A DNA stretch of 64,000 bases from Myxococcota bacterium (GCA_965140415.1 OZ223209.1:5472001-5536000), one strand, 5' to 3'. Counted from the stretch's first letter, positions 9,682 to 24,017 are shown. The notes: generated by a model from the sequence alone, not told the origin. Numbers and translations: made by a program.

Positions 9682-10872
9682 CTACTCAATAACTTCGGCG
9701 ACGACGCCAGCGCCAACGGTACGACCGCCTTCGCGGATCGCAAAGCGCAGCTCTTTTTCCATCGCCACAGGCGTAATCAGTTCCACTTCCATCGAAATAT
9801 TGTCACCAGGCATCACCATCTCGACGCCTTCAGGCAACGTCACCGCTCCAGTCACATCCGTCGTACGGAAATAGAACTGAGGACGATAACCCTTGAAGAA
9901 CGGAGTATGACGTCCGCCTTCTTCCTTATTCAGAACGTACACTTCCGCTTTGAATTTCGTATGCGGTTTGATCGAACCCGGCGCCGCCAGAACCTGGCCA
10001 CGCTCGATTTCGTCTTTCTTCACACCACGCAGCAAGCAGCCAACGTTGTCGCCCGCACGACCTTCATCCAGAATCTTGCGGAACATTTCAACGCCCGTAA
10101 CAACCGTCTTGCGGGTTTCTTTGAAGCCCACAATCTCGATCTCGTTGCCCGTATTCACGATGCCGCGTTCCACACGACCCGTCGCAACCGTTCCACGACC
10201 GGAAATCGAGAACACATCCTCGACCGGCATCAGGAAGGGCTTGTCCGTTACGCGCTCGGGCTGCGGAATGTAGCTGTCCACTTCTTCCATCAGCTTCAAT
10301 ACCGACTGCTCGCCCTGCTCGTCTTCGTCGCCGTTCAAGGCTTTCAGCGCGCTACCAGGAATGATCGGAATGTCGTCGCCCGGGAATTCGTAGCTGCTCA
10401 GCAGCTCACGCAGTTCCAGCTCGACCAGTTCCAGCAGTTCCGGATCGTCCAGCATATCCACCTTATTTAAGAACACCACCATCGCGGGGACACCAACCTG
10501 ACGAGCCAGCAGCACGTGCTCGCGAGTCTGCGGCATCGGACCGTCGTTGGCCGCCACGACCAGGATCGCGCCGTCCATCTGCGCCGCACCCGTGATCATG
10601 TTCTTGATATAGTCAGCATGGCCCGGGCAGTCCACGTGCGCGTAGTGACGATTCGCGGTTTCGTATTCGATATGCGCCGTCGCGATCGTAATGCCACGTT
10701 CTTTTTCTTCCGGGGCCTTGTCGATCTCGTCAAACGCCGTGAATTCCGCTCCGCCGGCCTTGGCCAAAACCTTGGTGATCGCCGCGGTCAGCGTCGTTTT
10801 ACCATGATCGATGTGACCGATCGTCCCAACATTGCAGTGGGGCTTGTTACGCTCAAACTTTGCTTTTGCCAT
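9682..10872 (-). CDS. tuf: Elongation factor Tu (str-operon copy)
   Basis: [17 protein letters not shown]; 396 aa. Confidence 0.99.
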   Translation of the reverse strand: MAKAKFERNKPHCNVGTIGHIDHGKTTLTAAITKVLAKAGGAEFTAFDEIDKAPEEKERGITIATAHIEYETANRHYAHVDCPGHADYIKNMITGAAQMDGAILVVAANDGPMPQTREHVLLARQVGVPAMVVFLNKVDMLDDPELLELVELELRELLSSYEFPGDDIPIIPGSALKALNGDEDEQGEQSVLKLMEEVDSYIPQPERVTDKPFLMPVEDVFSISGRGTVATGRVERGIVNTGNEIEIVGFKETRKTVVTGVEMFRKILDEGRAGDNVGCLLRGVKKDEIERGQVLAAPGSIKPHTKFKAEVYVLNKEEGGRHTPFFKGYRPQFYFRTTDVTGAVTLPEGVEMVMPGDNISMEVELITPVAMEKELRFAIREGGRTVGAGVVAEVIE

Positions 10873-10973
10873 GCCTGCCTCCTTGTCGTTCTCCCATCTG
10901 ACCCTTTTGGTAGTGGAAGAAAGCGTTTACAGTCTTTGCTCTATTCTGTCTCTTTCAAATCACGAATGATTCG

Positions 10974-13070
10974 CTAATAGTATCCAAACGTCCGGTTCGT
11001 CATTTCCTGTTGCAATTTGCTTGGAACCGGAGAATATCTCTTGAATTCCATCGAGTAGGTCGCTCGTCCCTGCGACTGACTTCTTAAATCCGTCGCGTAT
11101 CCGAACATGCTGCGCAAAGGAACCAGACCCTCAACCACCTGCAATCCGGGTCGCATCGACGTTCCGGCAATTTCTCCATTTCTGGAGTTCAGATCCGAGA
11201 TCACATCGCCAACGAACTCATCCGGTGTGACGATCTCGATGGACATCACCGGCTCCATCAAAATTGGTGCCGCCTTGTCCAACGCTTCCCGAACCGCAAA
11301 GTTTGCCGCTGCCTGGAAAGCCAGTTCCGTCGATTCCTCATCGCGCGTTATCGCTTCTTCCAGAACCACGTGAACGTCTACCACCTGATATCCAAGGATC
11401 GGACCGGAATTCATTACATCCCTTGCTCCGCGTCTAACCGCTTCCAGAAATTCCTTGCTGAAACTTCTGCTTGTCGGAACCACGCTGTCGAATGTAAATC
11501 CGCTTCCCGATTCGCCCGGCTCGACCCGAAGCACCACCTTGGCATACTGACTTTTGCCGGCCATCTGCTTATCGTAGATATGCTCGACTGTCGCCGTTTG
11601 GGTGACGGTCTCTCGATACGCCACCTGTGGTCGCCCGATATTCGCCTCCACCTTGAATTCGCGTCGCAAACGATCCACGATAATATCCAGGTGAAGTTCT
11701 CCCATACCTTTAATAATGGTCTGACCGGTTTCCTGATCCTCTTCAACCTGGAAGGTCGGGTCTTCCAACGCCAACCGTCCCATCGCCTGAGTTAACTTGA
11801 CCTCATCCTCGGTGGATTTCGGCTCGATGGCGATGGAGATCACAGGCTGCGGAAACTCAATGGATTCCAGCAGAATTGCAGCGTTTTTCTGGCAGAGCGT
11901 ATCGCCTGTGGCCGTACTTTTCAGTCCAACCGCCGCCACGATATCACCCGCATTGATAGCTGCAATTTCTTCGCGTTTATTGGCATGCATTTTAAGCAGC
12001 TTGGTCACCCGCTCCTTTTTATCGGTACGGGGATTGTAGACCATGGCTCCACTTTCCAGTTTCCCGGAATACACTCGCAAAAACGTAAGGTGCCCAACAA
12101 AAGGATCCGTCCACAACTTGAAGGCCAACGCGGCAAACGGCTCGTTTACATCGGCTTTGCGCTCAAGAACCTTATCGGTTCGAACGGGATCGACACCCTT
12201 GACCGGCGGAATATCCAACGGAGAAGGCAGGTAATCCACAACGGCTCGCAAAAGCGGTTGAACGCCTTTGTTTCTAAACGCCGAACCACAAAATATCGGA
12301 GAGATCTTGCTATCGATGGTCGCCTGCCGAATTGCCTGTCGAATCTCCTGCTCGCTCAGCTCCTGACCATCCAGGTAGCGTTCCAACAGGTCTTCGTCCT
12401 GCTCGGCAGCCGTCTCAACCAATTGCATGCGATACATCTCGGCATCTTCCATAAGTTCCTCGGGAATGTCACTTTCGACTTCCTCGGAACCCAGTTTTTC
12501 CTGCGGATAGAAGTAAGCTTTCATGCTTACCAGATCCACGACGCCTTGAAACTCGCTCTCCAGCCCGATCGGGATCTGCATCACAACCGGATTGGCATGC
12601 AACCGGGATTTCATCATCTCCACGGCTCGAAAGAAATCTGCGCCTACTCGATCTAATTTGTTAATGAACGCGATGCGCGGCACTTTATATCGATCAGCTT
12701 GCCGCCATACTGTTTCGGACTGCGGTTCCACACCCCCAACGCCGCAAAATACAACCACGGCACCGTCTAAAACCCGCAAACTCCGCTCAACTTCAACGGT
12801 GAAGTCCACATGACCCGGCGTATCGATGATGTTAATTCGATGGTCTTGCCAGTAGCAGGTCGTGGCCGCGCTGGTAATCGTAATTCCGCGCTCCTGTTCC
12901 TGCTCCATCCAGTCCATAACGGCATTGCCGTCGTGAACTTCTCCCATACGATGAGAGACGCCGGTGTAATAAAGAATCCGCTCGGTCGTGGTGGTCTTGC
13001 CTGCATCAATATGCGCGGCGATACCGATATTACGTATCAGCCTTAAATCAGCTTTGTCAGCCACAACCAA
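10974..13070 (-). CDS. fusA: Elongation factor G family protein with divergent domain IV (probable spdEFG2/recycling type)
   Basis: [23 protein letters not shown]; str operon position; start TTG 13070 or GTG 13064. Confidence 0.95.
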   Translation of the reverse strand: MVVADKADLRLIRNIGIAAHIDAGKTTTTERILYYTGVSHRMGEVHDGNAVMDWMEQEQERGITITSAATTCYWQDHRINIIDTPGHVDFTVEVERSLRVLDGAVVVFCGVGGVEPQSETVWRQADRYKVPRIAFINKLDRVGADFFRAVEMMKSRLHANPVVMQIPIGLESEFQGVVDLVSMKAYFYPQEKLGSEEVESDIPEELMEDAEMYRMQLVETAAEQDEDLLERYLDGQELSEQEIRQAIRQATIDSKISPIFCGSAFRNKGVQPLLRAVVDYLPSPLDIPPVKGVDPVRTDKVLERKADVNEPFAALAFKLWTDPFVGHLTFLRVYSGKLESGAMVYNPRTDKKERVTKLLKMHANKREEIAAINAGDIVAAVGLKSTATGDTLCQKNAAILLESIEFPQPVISIAIEPKSTEDEVKLTQAMGRLALEDPTFQVEEDQETGQTIIKGMGELHLDIIVDRLRREFKVEANIGRPQVAYRETVTQTATVEHIYDKQMAGKSQYAKVVLRVEPGESGSGFTFDSVVPTSRSFSKEFLEAVRRGARDVMNSGPILGYQVVDVHVVLEEAITRDEESTELAFQAAANFAVREALDKAAPILMEPVMSIEIVTPDEFVGDVISDLNSRNGEIAGTSMRPGLQVVEGLVPLRSMFGYATDLRSQSQGRATYSMEFKRYSPVPSKLQQEMTNRTFGYY

Positions 13071-13157
13071 TCCTCGTTGCGATTCCTACACCAAGTGGAC
13101 AACATCTATTCAACTGTCAAACAGTCCAAATGACTGTCGCAAAAACAACTAAAACTC

Positions 13158-13628
13158 TTACCAGCGATAATGCGCAAACGCCTTGTTGGCTTCCGCCATA
13201 CGGTGCACATCTTCCCGCTTCTTGAAGGAAGCGCCGCGACCGTTGTAAGCATCGAGCAGTTCATTTGCAAGACGCTCTTTCATGGTGTTCTCGCTGCGGC
13301 CCTTCGCATAACCGACCAGCCAACGCAGAGCCAGCGAAAGCTGACGATGCGGAGCCACTTCGGTCGGAACCTGGTATGTCGCACCACCGACGCGGCGAGA
13401 CTTGACCTCGACCAACGGCTTGATGCCATCAACGGCTTTGCGCAGCACCTTGACCGGATCCTCTTTGGAACGCTCCTGAATGATATCCATCGCATCATAA
13501 AGAATGGATTCCGCTGTGCTCTTCTTCCCACCCATCATGAGGCTATTGATGAACCTCGCCACGAGAGTATCGTGAAACTTGGGATCGGGAATGATTTTTC
13601 GTTTTGCTACCGGGCCTTTTCTAGGCAT
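13158..13628 (-). CDS. rpsG: 30S ribosomal protein uS7
   Basis: [30 protein letters not shown]. Confidence 0.99.
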   Translation of the reverse strand: MPRKGPVAKRKIIPDPKFHDTLVARFINSLMMGGKKSTAESILYDAMDIIQERSKEDPVKVLRKAVDGIKPLVEVKSRRVGGATYQVPTEVAPHRQLSLALRWLVGYAKGRSENTMKERLANELLDAYNGRGASFKKREDVHRMAEANKAFAHYRW

Positions 13629-13666
13629 ATCAACCTCTTATGCAAACGTTCTGGAAACCACACTCG

Positions 13667-14038
13667 CTACTTGGGTCGCTTCGCACCATACTTACTGCGA
13701 CCTTTGCGACGCGCAGAAACACCGACCGTATCCAGCGTACCGCGAATGACGTGATAACGAACACCGGGCAAATCCTTAACACGGCCACCGCGAATCAACA
13801 CAACACTATGTTCCTGCAAGTTATGACCTTCGCCAGGAATATAGGTGGTGACTTCGTAACCGGAAGTCAAACGGACACGGGCGACTTTGCGAAGCGCCGA
13901 GTTGGGCTTCTTGGGAGTGACCGTATACACACGCGTGCAAACACCGCGACGCTGCGGGCAACTCTTGAGAGCGGGAGAAGTGGTCTTCTTTTTAATCTTC
14001 TTCCGTCCTTTTCGAATTAACTGATTGATCGTTGGCAT
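13667..14038 (-). CDS. rpsL: 30S ribosomal protein uS12
   Basis: [23 protein letters not shown]. Confidence 0.99.
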   Translation of the reverse strand: MPTINQLIRKGRKKIKKKTTSPALKSCPQRRGVCTRVYTVTPKKPNSALRKVARVRLTSGYEVTTYIPGEGHNLQEHSVVLIRGGRVKDLPGVRYHVIRGTLDTVGVSARRKGRSKYGAKRPK

Positions 14039-14128
14039 TCAAACCCTCTTTTCACGGTCCCTGAAATCCACAATTCATTAATATTGCTCGTACTTTACAG
14101 CACTCACTCCACTTCGCAGAGCCTTCGC

Positions 14129-14156
14129 ATTATATGGACGAGGCCGTAAGTGTCAA
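14129..14156 (-). promoter_or_regulatory. Sigma70 promoter of the str operon
   Basis: TTGACA-N16-TATAAT on the minus strand ~90 nt upstream of rpsL, followed by a GC-rich discriminator. Confidence 0.85.
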
Positions 14157-14390
14157 GCAATTAATCAGTTTTTTTTCAAATCTTTGAATGGGGCACAGAA
14201 GAAGGGTAGATCTGAACCGGTTTGGAGCAGATCATATGAGAGGTAGGCGTCCCTAAATAGCTCACCGCTGGAACGAACTAAATCTCATTACCCACTTATA
14301 CCATTCAAAGACGGTACAGTATGGGCAACCAGTATCGCGCTTACTTATACTATAAGAAAAGTGCGATCCGGGCGCCGCGTTACAGCGGCT

Positions 14391-17300
14391 CTACCCGGCG
14401 TCAGTCACCGGCGCATCATCGCCCCCTTCGGGAGTTTCAGATGCAGGTGCTTCCGATGTCGCCTCTTCGCCCTCGCTACCAGCTTCCGCCGAGTATTCAG
14501 GGCGATCTAACGCAATGTCAGTCTGCCGGTATTTGTTCAAACCCGTACCGGCAGGAATCAAGCGGCCCATGATCACGTTCTCTTTCAGGCCCTTGAGGTA
14601 GTCCACCTTGCCTGCAATTGCCGCTTCTGTCAAGACTTTTGTTGTTTCCTGGAACGAAGCAGCGGAAATAAAGCTGTCCGTCACCAAAGAAGCCTTGGTA
14701 ATACCAAGCAATAACGGCTCACCAACGGCTGGATTCCCGCCCTTGGCCTGGATGCGCCGATTCTCGCGCAGGAAGGTGAATTTATCCACCTGCTCATCGA
14801 GCAGGAAGTCGGTGTCGCCCACGTTCTTGATGCGAATCTTGCGCAGCATCTGGCGGACGATGACTTCAATGTGCTTATCGTTGATCTTGACGCCCTGTAA
14901 GCGATACACCTGCTGCACTTCGTTGACCAGGTATTTGGCCAGTTCCTTTTCACCCAAAACACGCAGAATATCGTGCGGGTTACTGGAACCGTCCATCAAG
15001 GCCTCACCAGCCATGACCATGTCGCCTTCGTGCACGGAGATGAACTTACCACGCGGAATCAGATATTCGCGAGCCTCACCGATCTCCGGTGTAACCACGA
15101 CTTTACGCTTACCCTTGGTGTCCTTGCCAAAACTCACGGTACCGTCGATTTCCGTAATGACAGCGTGATCTTTTGGCTTGCGAGCTTCAAACAATTCCGC
15201 GACACGCGGCAGACCACCGGTAATATCCTTGGTTTTGGTCGTTTCACGCGGAATCTTGGCCAACACATAACCCGGCTTGACCTCTTCGCCTTCCATGACA
15301 CCGATATTCGCGCCAACAGGCATCAGGTAACGAGCGGGCTGTTTGGACGGTTCGAGCTTGAGCGTACGACCGTTTTCGTCTTTGATCGAAATGCGCGGAC
15401 GCAGATTGGGATCGCGCGATTCGACCACGACTTTACGGGAAAGACCGGTCACTTCATCGACCTGCTCGCGAATGGTGATACCTTCCGCGATGTCGCCGAA
15501 TTTGACCTTACCAGCAAGTTCCGTGATGATCGGCATCGAGTAGGGATCCCACTCGGCGATGGTCTGACCCGGCTTGACGCGATCGCCTTCCTTAACCATC
15601 ATAGTGGCACCGTAAATCAGGCTGTAGCGTTCACGCTCACGCCCGGATTCGTCGACCACCACCACGGCTCCATTACGATTCATCACAACGATGATACCGT
15701 CATCGCGGCTGACATACTGCATGCCGTCGAAACGAATGACACCTTCGTAGCGGACATCAATGGAGCTTTGCTCGACGCGTCTGGAGGCCGTACCACCGAT
15801 ATGGAAGGTACGCATAGTCAGCTGCGTTCCCGGCTCACCGATGGACTGTGCCGCAATGATACCGACCGCCTCACCGATGTTGACACGCTGCCCGCGCGAC
15901 AGATCGCGCCCGTAACACAACGCACACACACCGTGCTCGGTCTGGCAAGTCAACACCGAACGGATGCGGACACGCTCGATACCGGCATCTTCGATGCGCC
16001 GTACGAGTTCTTCGTCGATTTCTTCACCGGCCTTGACCAGCACTTCCTCGGTATAGGGATCGCGAATATCGGAGAGAGCCGTACGACCCAGGATACGTTC
16101 ACCCAGAGTCTGGATGATTTCGCCACCTTCCGTCAACGCCTGAATTTCAATACCGTCGATGGTGCCGCAGTCCGTTTCACTGATGGTGCTGTCCTGCGAG
16201 ACATCGACCAGACGACGAGTCAGATAACCTGAGTTCGCGGTTTTCAGAGCCGTATCGGCCAGACCTTTACGAGCACCGTGAGTGGAGATGAAGTACTGTA
16301 GAACGTTCAAGCCTTCACGGAAGTTCGCGGTAATGGGCGATTCGATGATTTCACCGGAAGGCTTGGCCATCAAACCACGCATACCGGCCAGCTGACGGAT
16401 CTGCTGGGCGGAACCACGAGCACCGGAATCGGCCATGATGTAAATGGAGTTACGGCTGGGGATTTTGACCTTTTGTCCGTCCGGACCTTCGATCTCCTCT
16501 TCAGCCAGGTTCTTCATCATTTCGCCGGCGACATCGTCGGTGGCCTGCGTCCAGATATCGATAACCTTGTTGTAACGCTCACCGTCAGAGATGTAACCGT
16601 CGTCATACTGTTCCTGGATTTCCTGCACCTTGTTGTTGGCTTCGCCCAGGATGCGTTGCTTGGCCTCCGGAATGACCATATCTTCCAGGCCGATGGAAAT
16701 ACCGGCCTGTCCGGCCAGACGATAACCCAAACTGCGCAGCCGGTCGGCCAGCAGAACCGTGGTTTTTCCGCCGCTGAGACGGAAGCACAGATCGATCAGA
16801 TCACCAAGCGATTTCTTGTCCAATACACGGTTGATGTTTTCAAAAGGAATTACATCCGGCACGATGCGCGACAGCACGATACGTCCCGGAGTGGTGTCGA
16901 TCAATTCCCCGCCCTCTTCGAAACGCACCTTGATGCGGGCCTGCATATCGACAGCCTGACCATCGAGGGCACTGATGACTTCCGCCTTGTTGGAGAAGAT
17001 CATCCCCGTTCCCTTGGCGAAGGGCATCTCACGGGTGAGATAGTAAATACCTAAAACGATATCCTGCGAAGGCAGAATGATCGGCTTACCATGCGCGAGC
17101 GAGAGGATGTTGTTAGTAGACATCATCAACACGCGCGCTTCCAACTGCGCTTCGATGGACAGCGGAATGTGAACGGCCATCTGGTCACCGTCGAAGTCGG
17201 CGTTGAAGGCGGTACATACCAGCGGATGAAGCTGAATGGCCTTACCTTCGATCAACTTCGGTTCGAACGCCTGGATACCCAAACGGTGCAAAGTAGGCGC

Positions 17301-18578
17301 ACGGTTGAGCATAACAGGATGCTCGCGGATGACATCTTCCAGGATGTCCCACACTTCGTTCTTTTCTTTCTCCACCATTTTCTTGGCGCTCTTGATGGTA
17401 GAGACCATGCCCTTTTGGATCAGCCGGTTGTAAATGAACGGCTTGAACAGTTCGAGCGCGATTTTCTTGGGCAGACCGCACTGATGCAGTTTCAGTTCCG
17501 GACCGATGACGATAACGGAACGGCCCGAATAATCGACGCGCTTTCCAAGCAGATTCTGCCGGAAGCGTCCCTGCTTACCTTTGAGCATGTCGGACAGAGA
17601 TTTCAACGGACGCTTGTTGGGTCCGGTAATGATCTTGCCGCGCCGACCGTTGTCGAACAGGGCATCCACCGCTTCCTGCAACATGCGTTTTTCGTTGCGG
17701 ATGATGATTTCCGGCGCATTCAGTTCCTGCAAACGCTTTAAGCGGTTGTTACGGTTGATCACGCGTCGGTATAGATCGTTCAAATCGCTGGTGGCGAAAC
17801 GTCCGCCATCCAACGGAACCAACGGGCGCAGATCCGGCGGCAGCACCGGGATACGGGTCAGCATCATCCATTCGGGCTTGTTGCCGCTCTCTTTGAGCGC
17901 AGTAACAATCTTCAGCCGCTTGGCAACTTTCTTGCGCTTCGCCTCGGAAGTAGAGGTTTTCATTTCGGCGCGAAGCTGATCGGCCATCGCCACGACGTCC
18001 AACTCTTCCAACAGCGCCTTGATGGCTTCCGCGCCCATCCCGGCGTCGAAGCTGTAATCGCCGAAGGTTTCCAGGGCTTTGTAGAATTCATCCTCGGAAA
18101 GCACCTGCCCCTTGGTCAACCCGGTTTCGCGCGGGTTGATTACGATATAGGCTTCGCAATACAGCACGCGCTCCAGATCCTTCATCGTCAGATCCAGTAC
18201 GTTACCGATACGAGAAGGCAAGGACTTCAAGAACCAGATGTGCGCCACCGGTGTCGCCAGGTCGATATGTCCCAGCCGCTCGCGGCGAACCTTGGACTGA
18301 ATGACCTCGACGCCGCACTTATCGCAGACCACGCCGCGATGCTTCATGCGCTTGTATTTTCCGCACAGACATTCGTAGTCCTTGACCGGTCCGAAGATCT
18401 TGGCGCAGAAAAGACCGTCCCGCTCCGGTTTGAAGGTGCGGTAGTTGATCGTTTCCGGTTTCTTCACTTCGCCGTTGGACCACTCCAGAATTTTTTCTGG
18501 CGACGCCATCGAAATACGAATTGCGCCGAAATTGACTGGGTCTGTCGGTTTTTCGAAAAAGCTGAGTATATCTCTCAC
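14391..18578 (-). CDS. rpoC: RNA polymerase beta' subunit
   Basis: [12 protein letters not shown] catalytic motif, N-terminal Zn finger, 1395 aa. Confidence 0.99.
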   Translation of the reverse strand: MRDILSFFEKPTDPVNFGAIRISMASPEKILEWSNGEVKKPETINYRTFKPERDGLFCAKIFGPVKDYECLCGKYKRMKHRGVVCDKCGVEVIQSKVRRERLGHIDLATPVAHIWFLKSLPSRIGNVLDLTMKDLERVLYCEAYIVINPRETGLTKGQVLSEDEFYKALETFGDYSFDAGMGAEAIKALLEELDVVAMADQLRAEMKTSTSEAKRKKVAKRLKIVTALKESGNKPEWMMLTRIPVLPPDLRPLVPLDGGRFATSDLNDLYRRVINRNNRLKRLQELNAPEIIIRNEKRMLQEAVDALFDNGRRGKIITGPNKRPLKSLSDMLKGKQGRFRQNLLGKRVDYSGRSVIVIGPELKLHQCGLPKKIALELFKPFIYNRLIQKGMVSTIKSAKKMVEKEKNEVWDILEDVIREHPVMLNRAPTLHRLGIQAFEPKLIEGKAIQLHPLVCTAFNADFDGDQMAVHIPLSIEAQLEARVLMMSTNNILSLAHGKPIILPSQDIVLGIYYLTREMPFAKGTGMIFSNKAEVISALDGQAVDMQARIKVRFEEGGELIDTTPGRIVLSRIVPDVIPFENINRVLDKKSLGDLIDLCFRLSGGKTTVLLADRLRSLGYRLAGQAGISIGLEDMVIPEAKQRILGEANNKVQEIQEQYDDGYISDGERYNKVIDIWTQATDDVAGEMMKNLAEEEIEGPDGQKVKIPSRNSIYIMADSGARGSAQQIRQLAGMRGLMAKPSGEIIESPITANFREGLNVLQYFISTHGARKGLADTALKTANSGYLTRRLVDVSQDSTISETDCGTIDGIEIQALTEGGEIIQTLGERILGRTALSDIRDPYTEEVLVKAGEEIDEELVRRIEDAGIERVRIRSVLTCQTEHGVCALCYGRDLSRGQRVNIGEAVGIIAAQSIGEPGTQLTMRTFHIGGTASRRVEQSSIDVRYEGVIRFDGMQYVSRDDGIIVVMNRNGAVVVVDESGRERERYSLIYGATMMVKEGDRVKPGQTIAEWDPYSMPIITELAGKVKFGDIAEGITIREQVDEVTGLSRKVVVESRDPNLRPRISIKDENGRTLKLEPSKQPARYLMPVGANIGVMEGEEVKPGYVLAKIPRETTKTKDITGGLPRVAELFEARKPKDHAVITEIDGTVSFGKDTKGKRKVVVTPEIGEAREYLIPRGKFISVHEGDMVMAGEALMDGSSNPHDILRVLGEKELAKYLVNEVQQVYRLQGVKINDKHIEVIVRQMLRKIRIKNVGDTDFLLDEQVDKFTFLRENRRIQAKGGNPAVGEPLLLGITKASLVTDSFISAASFQETTKVLTEAAIAGKVDYLKGLKENVIMGRLIPAGTGLNKYRQTDIALDRPEYSAEAGSEGEEATSEAPASETPEGGDDAPVTDAG

Positions 18579-18653
18579 AACTCTACTCCTTGGATCGAGT
18601 GGAAGTTGAGTTCTGGCATTTGCTTATGCCGCCAAGTACACCGGAACACCCGG

Positions 18654-21600
18654 TTACTTGTTGTCCTCCAACAACTCAATATTCAGGCTCAGACTTTGCA
18701 GTTCCTTAATCAAGACGTTAAAGGACTCGGGCAGGCCCGGATCGATGTCGTGCTCACCCTTGACGATCGCTTCGTACATTCGGGTGCGGCCCACCACATC
18801 ATCGGACTTGACCGTTAGAAATTCCTGCAACGAATGCGCAGCACCGTAGGCCTCCATGGCCCAGACTTCCATTTCACCGAGACGCTGTCCACCGAATTGC
18901 GCCTTACCGCCCAAAGGCTGCTGCGTAACCAGTGAATACGGTCCGATGGAACGGGCATGAATCTTGTCATCGACCAAGTGATGCAACTTGAGCATGTACA
19001 TCACGCCCACGGTGACATCCTGGAAGAAGGGATCGCCGCTGCGCCCATCGTACAGCAGGGTCTGGCCGGAGCTGTCGTAACCGCTCTCCACGAGCAATTC
19101 GTGAATTTCCTGCTCCGGTGCGCCGTCGAATACCGGCGTGGCGATATGCATTCCATTTTGCACACGGCGCACGAAATCGAGAACGACTTCGTCGCTGGCG
19201 TTTTCCAGTTCTTCGTTAAGCACAGGCGACTTATACAATCGTTTCAACTCGCTGCGAATCTTGTCCGCACCGTAGTTCTCATCGATGTAGCGATTGAGCA
19301 TTTCGCCCAAGCCTTTGGCCGCCAGACCCAGATGGGTTTCCAGAATCTGCCCCACGTTCATACGCGAGGGAACGCCCAACGGATTGAGCACGACGTCCAC
19401 CGGACGGCCATCAGGCATATAGGGCATATCTTCCATCGGAAGAATACGCGAAACAACACCCTTGTTTCCGTGGCGACCCGCCATTTTATCACCGACGCAC
19501 AGCTTGCGCTTCATGGCAACATAGACTTTCACCATCTTGATAATGCCGGGCGCCAGTTCGTCACCGCGCTTCAGGCGGTTGATCTTGTCGGTAAAGTATT
19601 CCTTGATCTTGGCGACTTCTTCAATGGTGTTCTGGATGATCTTCTCGATGCGCTGTTCCAGTTCCGGCTCGTTCTGAAGCTGGATCTGTCCCAGATATTT
19701 GCGGGCAATGCCTTCCACCATCGAGTCTTCGATCTTGACGCCCTTCTCCAGCAGCACTTTGCCGTTGTCCGCCACCAGGTTGGCCTTCGGCTTTTTGCCG
19801 ACCAGCAACTGACGGATCATGGAGTAGGACGCTTCCTGAATGATACGGACCTGATCGTTCTGATCTTTGAGTAAGCGGTTGCTTTCCTGCTCTTCGATTT
19901 CCAGCGAGCGGGCGTCTTTTTCCACACCCTTACGCGAGAAGACGCGAGCGTCGATCACGATACCACTAACACCCGGCGGAACCCGCAGCGACGTATCGCG
20001 CACGTCTCCGGCCTTTTCACCGAAGATCGCCCGCAGCAGTTTTTCTTCCGGAGAAAGCTGCGTTTCGCCCTTCGGTGTGATTTTGCCGACCAGAATATCG
20101 CCCGGCTTCACTTCCGCGCCTACGCGCACGATGCCGGATTCATCCAGATCTTTAAGTGCCTCATCGCCGACATTCGGAATGTCGCGCGTGATTTCTTCCT
20201 TACCCAGCTTGGTATCGCGGGCGACGGTTTCGAATTCCTCGATGTGAATCGAGGTGAACACGTCATCGACCAGCATACGCTCGGAAAGCAGAATCGAATC
20301 TTCGAAGTTGTACCCGCCCCAAGGCATGAAGGCCACGACCACGTTCTGGCCCAAGGCCAGTTCACCGGTTTCCGTGGCGGGACCGTCGGCCAGGATGTCG
20401 TCTTTCTTGACGACATCGCCTTTCTTGACGATCGGCAGCTGGTTGATACAAGTATTCTGGTTGGAACGCTGGTATTTGACCAGATTGTAAATATCGACCT
20501 GGGTGGTCGTATTATCAATGGTCGTGCCCTCGTCCATGTCAGCCTGAACCACGATGCGGGTCGCATCGACGGACTTGACCACGCCGGCGCGGCGAGCCAC
20601 GCAGCAAACACCCGAATCACGGGCCACGACATCCTCAATGCCGGTGCCCACCAGCGGCGACTTGGGAATCAACAGCGGCACCGCCTGGCGCTGCATGTTC
20701 GATCCCATCAGGGCGCGGTTGGCATCATCGTTTTCGAGGAAGGGAATCAGCGAGGCTGCTACCGAAACCAACTGGTTCGGCGAAACGTCCATCAGGCTGA
20801 CGTCCGTGGCGCGTTTGAGAACAACGTCCATTTCCTCGCGGCAACCGACGTATTCGTTGATGAACTCGCCCTTTTTGCTCAGTGGCGCATTAGCCTGAGC
20901 AATCACGTGCTCGGCTTCTTCCAGCGCACTGTAGAACTTTACTTCATTAATGACCTTGCCGTCTTTGGCGGTACGGTACGGCGTTTCGATAAAGCCGTAA
21001 TCGTTAACCCGCGCATAGGTAGACAAGGAAGCGATCAGACCGATGTTCGGACCTTCAGGCGTTTCAATCGGACAGATGCGGCCATAGTGAGTGGCGTGAA
21101 CGTCGCGCACTTCGAAACCGGCGCGCTCGCGTGTCAGACCACCCGGTCCCAGAGCCGACAGGCGCCGTTTATGGGTCACTTCAGACAGCGGATTGGTCTG
21201 ATCCATGAACTGGGAAAGCTGGCTGCTGCCGAAGAATTCCTTTACGACCGCCGAGACCGGCTTGCTGTTTACCAGATCGTGCGGCATCAAGGTGTCGATT
21301 TCCTGTAGCGTCATACGCTCTTTGATCGCACGTTCCATACGCACCAGACCGATGCGGTACTGGTTTTCCAGCAGCTCGCCCACCGCACGCACGCGGCGAT
21401 TGCCCAGATGGTCGATGTCGTCGATCATGCCGCGACCGTCACGCAGGTCGATCAGGTGGCGCACCGTCTCCATAATATCGGACGGCGTCAGCACCGCTTT
21501 ATCCAACGGCTCGTTGGCGCGGAACTTGTAATTCATCTTCAAGCGACCGACCTTGGAGAGATCGTAGCGCTCGGGATTGAAAAAGAGATTGTCGAACAAA

Positions 21601-22769
21601 CGCTGGGCGCTCTCTTCGGTCGGCGGATCGCCGGGGCGCATGCGCTTGTAAATTTCCATAATCGCTTCTTGCGGTGAAGAGATCTTGTCGATTTGCAGCG
21701 TTTTCTGAATATAATTGCCGACGTTGACATTATCGAAGAAGATGCAGGTAAATTCCTTGATCTTGCGAGCGCGGATTTCTTCCAGCTTCTCTTCGGTGAT
21801 TTCCTGGTTGACTTCCACCACCACTTCGCCGGTCTTGGCATCCATGATATCCACGGCAGCGACCATGCCCACGATTTCCTCATGGTTGATCGGCACGGCT
21901 TCCATCCCCGCCTGCTTCATACGGCGGACAGAGGCGCGCGTGAATTTCTTGCCCTTTTTGACCATCACTTCATTATTGGGACCGCGAACTTCGCGTTCGG
22001 TACGCTGGCCGATCAGCAATTCCAGTTGGAGCTTGCGCACGGCACGCTGCGGCTCGATTGTGATTTCTTGCTTATCATAGAAATACGCGAGCAGTTCTTC
22101 GGTGGAATATCCCAACGCGCGCAACAGCACCGTGGCCGGCAGTTTGCGGCGACGATCGATTCGCACGTACACGATATCTTTCGGATCGAATTCAAAATCC
22201 AGCCAACTTCCGCGGTAAGGTATGATGCGTGCGGAATAGAGCACCTTGCCGGAACTGTGAGTCTTGCCTTTATCGTGATCGTAGAATGCCCCCGGAGAAC
22301 GGTGCAACTGGGAGACGACAACGCGCTCGGTGCCGTTGACGATGAACGTGCCGTTGACGGTCATCAGCGGAATCTCACCGAAGTAAACTTCCTGTTCCTT
22401 CACGTTGCGAATGGAAAGCGCGCCGGACTCCTCGTCCTTATCCCAAACGACCAGGCGAATGAGCACCTTCATCGGAGCGGCAAAGGTCATGCCACGCTGC
22501 CGGCATTCGTCCACATCGTATTTGGGTTTTTCAAGCATGTAGCTTACGAATTCCAACGAAGATGTCTCGTTGAAATCCTTGATCGGGAAAATGCTGTTGA
22601 ACACAGCCTGCAATCCGACCGGACGCCGCTGATCAGGCGGCTTGGCCATCTGTAAAAAATCCTCGTATGATTTCTTTTGGATTTCGATCAGTTTGGGCAG
22701 ATCAATAATCCGTTTGATCGCCGAGAAATCCTTGCGTACGCGGAAATTCTTCTGGGAAATGGAGGCCAT
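18654..22769 (-). CDS. rpoB: RNA polymerase beta subunit
   Basis: [42 protein letters not shown]. Confidence 0.99.
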   Translation of the reverse strand: MASISQKNFRVRKDFSAIKRIIDLPKLIEIQKKSYEDFLQMAKPPDQRRPVGLQAVFNSIFPIKDFNETSSLEFVSYMLEKPKYDVDECRQRGMTFAAPMKVLIRLVVWDKDEESGALSIRNVKEQEVYFGEIPLMTVNGTFIVNGTERVVVSQLHRSPGAFYDHDKGKTHSSGKVLYSARIIPYRGSWLDFEFDPKDIVYVRIDRRRKLPATVLLRALGYSTEELLAYFYDKQEITIEPQRAVRKLQLELLIGQRTEREVRGPNNEVMVKKGKKFTRASVRRMKQAGMEAVPINHEEIVGMVAAVDIMDAKTGEVVVEVNQEITEEKLEEIRARKIKEFTCIFFDNVNVGNYIQKTLQIDKISSPQEAIMEIYKRMRPGDPPTEESAQRLFDNLFFNPERYDLSKVGRLKMNYKFRANEPLDKAVLTPSDIMETVRHLIDLRDGRGMIDDIDHLGNRRVRAVGELLENQYRIGLVRMERAIKERMTLQEIDTLMPHDLVNSKPVSAVVKEFFGSSQLSQFMDQTNPLSEVTHKRRLSALGPGGLTRERAGFEVRDVHATHYGRICPIETPEGPNIGLIASLSTYARVNDYGFIETPYRTAKDGKVINEVKFYSALEEAEHVIAQANAPLSKKGEFINEYVGCREEMDVVLKRATDVSLMDVSPNQLVSVAASLIPFLENDDANRALMGSNMQRQAVPLLIPKSPLVGTGIEDVVARDSGVCCVARRAGVVKSVDATRIVVQADMDEGTTIDNTTTQVDIYNLVKYQRSNQNTCINQLPIVKKGDVVKKDDILADGPATETGELALGQNVVVAFMPWGGYNFEDSILLSERMLVDDVFTSIHIEEFETVARDTKLGKEEITRDIPNVGDEALKDLDESGIVRVGAEVKPGDILVGKITPKGETQLSPEEKLLRAIFGEKAGDVRDTSLRVPPGVSGIVIDARVFSRKGVEKDARSLEIEEQESNRLLKDQNDQVRIIQEASYSMIRQLLVGKKPKANLVADNGKVLLEKGVKIEDSMVEGIARKYLGQIQLQNEPELEQRIEKIIQNTIEEVAKIKEYFTDKINRLKRGDELAPGIIKMVKVYVAMKRKLCVGDKMAGRHGNKGVVSRILPMEDMPYMPDGRPVDVVLNPLGVPSRMNVGQILETHLGLAAKGLGEMLNRYIDENYGADKIRSELKRLYKSPVLNEELENASDEVVLDFVRRVQNGMHIATPVFDGAPEQEIHELLVESGYDSSGQTLLYDGRSGDPFFQDVTVGVMYMLKLHHLVDDKIHARSIGPYSLVTQQPLGGKAQFGGQRLGEMEVWAMEAYGAAHSLQEFLTVKSDDVVGRTRMYEAIVKGEHDIDPGLPESFNVLIKELQSLSLNIELLEDNK

Positions 22770-22892
22770 ACTTTTTTTTCCCTTCGTTCGACGAAGACCG
22801 GCTGCTCACTTCTACTTGGCGCCGCATCGATCAGAGATAGTGAACAGATACCTATTTATATGCCGAATTCCTACAAATACAAATATCCGGAA

Positions 22893-22937
22893 CTCACAGT
22901 TCCCCCTTGGCGTCTTTTAACGCCGGGGAAACTGCGA
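22893..22937 (-). terminator. Long GC-rich hairpin between rplL and rpoB (putative attenuator/terminator)
   Basis: Minus strand CAGTTTCCCC-GGCGT..ACGCC-AAGGGGGAACTG; same position as the known rplL-rpoB attenuator; U-tract weak. Confidence 0.5.
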
Positions 22938-22980
22938 GGAACCGGAAAGGACCACACAGAAAACCGTAAGTCCTACTCAA

Positions 22981-23358
22981 CTATTTCAACTCGATAGTAG
23001 CACCAGCCTCTACGAGTTGCTTCTTGGCTTCTTCGGCGTCATCTTTGTTGATGCCTTCTTTGACGGTCGCGGGGATGCCTTCGACCAGGTCTTTGGCTTC
23101 CTTCAGGCCCAGACCGGTCAGCGCACGCACGACCTTGATGACCTGGATTTTCTTGTCGCCGAAGCTGGTCATCACGACATCAAAGTCCGTCTTTTCTTCT
23201 TCCGCGGCAGCGGCTTCGCCCGGAGCGGCGGCAGCGACTGCGACCGGAGCGGCAGCGGACACGCCCCATTCCTCTTCCAATTCCTTGATCAGACCGGCCA
23301 AGTCCACGACCGTCATGTTGCTCAAGAATTCTTTCACTTCCTCTTTGGTAACCGCCAT
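22981..23358 (-). CDS. rplL: 50S ribosomal protein bL12 (L7/L12)
   Basis: [13 protein letters not shown] hinge, [24 protein letters not shown]. Confidence 0.99.
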   Translation of the reverse strand: MAVTKEEVKEFLSNMTVVDLAGLIKELEEEWGVSAAAPVAVAAAAPGEAAAAEEEKTDFDVVMTSFGDKKIQVIKVVRALTGLGLKEAKDLVEGIPATVKEGINKDDAEEAKKQLVEAGATIELK

Positions 23359-23416
23359 GACACTATCCTTTCAGAATATGTAAATTTCAGTGTTTTCTTG
23401 TTTCCGCCGAATTGAA

Positions 23417-23941
23417 TCAGGCGGCATCTTCCAAACTGCGTTTTCGTGCGTCGAGCACGTTGACCATACCACCAGGTACGGCGTTAAGCAGCCGCACAAA
23501 ACCACCCGGTACCGCATTGAGCAGTCCCAGGAACTGCGCACGCAGTTCGTCGCGTCCCGGCATCTTCGACAGCGTAACCACACCATCCGGAGACAGCATC
23601 TGTCCGTCCAGCGCGCCCACGAGAACTTCCAATTTTTTGAATTCTTCCGTGGCTTTTACCAGAACTTTCGCCGGAGCGGTCTGATCTTCTTCGCTATAGG
23701 CAATCGCCACCGGGCCTTTCAGGTGATCGACCAGAAACTTCATGTTTCCATCGCCGAGCGCACGTCTGGCCAAGGTGTTCTTTACAACCTGAATGCCTAC
23801 GTTGGATGCCCTGCACTTGGCGCGCAGTTCATTCATCTGGTTCGACGTCAAGCCGGAGTAATCCGCAAGAATCACTACCGTTGCTTTGCCGAAAATTCCT
23901 TCCCAACGTTCAACGACTTCTTTTTTTTCGGGTAACCTCAT
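23417..23941 (-). CDS. rplJ: 50S ribosomal protein uL10
   Basis: DYSGLT...ELR, VVKNTLARRAL; lies between rplA and rplL. Confidence 0.97.
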   Translation of the reverse strand: MRLPEKKEVVERWEGIFGKATVVILADYSGLTSNQMNELRAKCRASNVGIQVVKNTLARRALGDGNMKFLVDHLKGPVAIAYSEEDQTAPAKVLVKATEEFKKLEVLVGALDGQMLSPDGVVTLSKMPGRDELRAQFLGLLNAVPGGFVRLLNAVPGGMVNVLDARKRSLEDAA

Positions 23942-24017
23942 CGCATGAACCCCCTTTCACTGGATTTTTGAGGATTGCCGAAACCAGCAGCAACCCCGTC
24001 AAAGAAAGAGGGAAAGA

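Noticed and set aside
21040-21240. Rifampicin-resistance substitutions in RpoB (and streptomycin sites in S12)
   Set aside because: Key RRDR residues and S12 Lys positions look wild type
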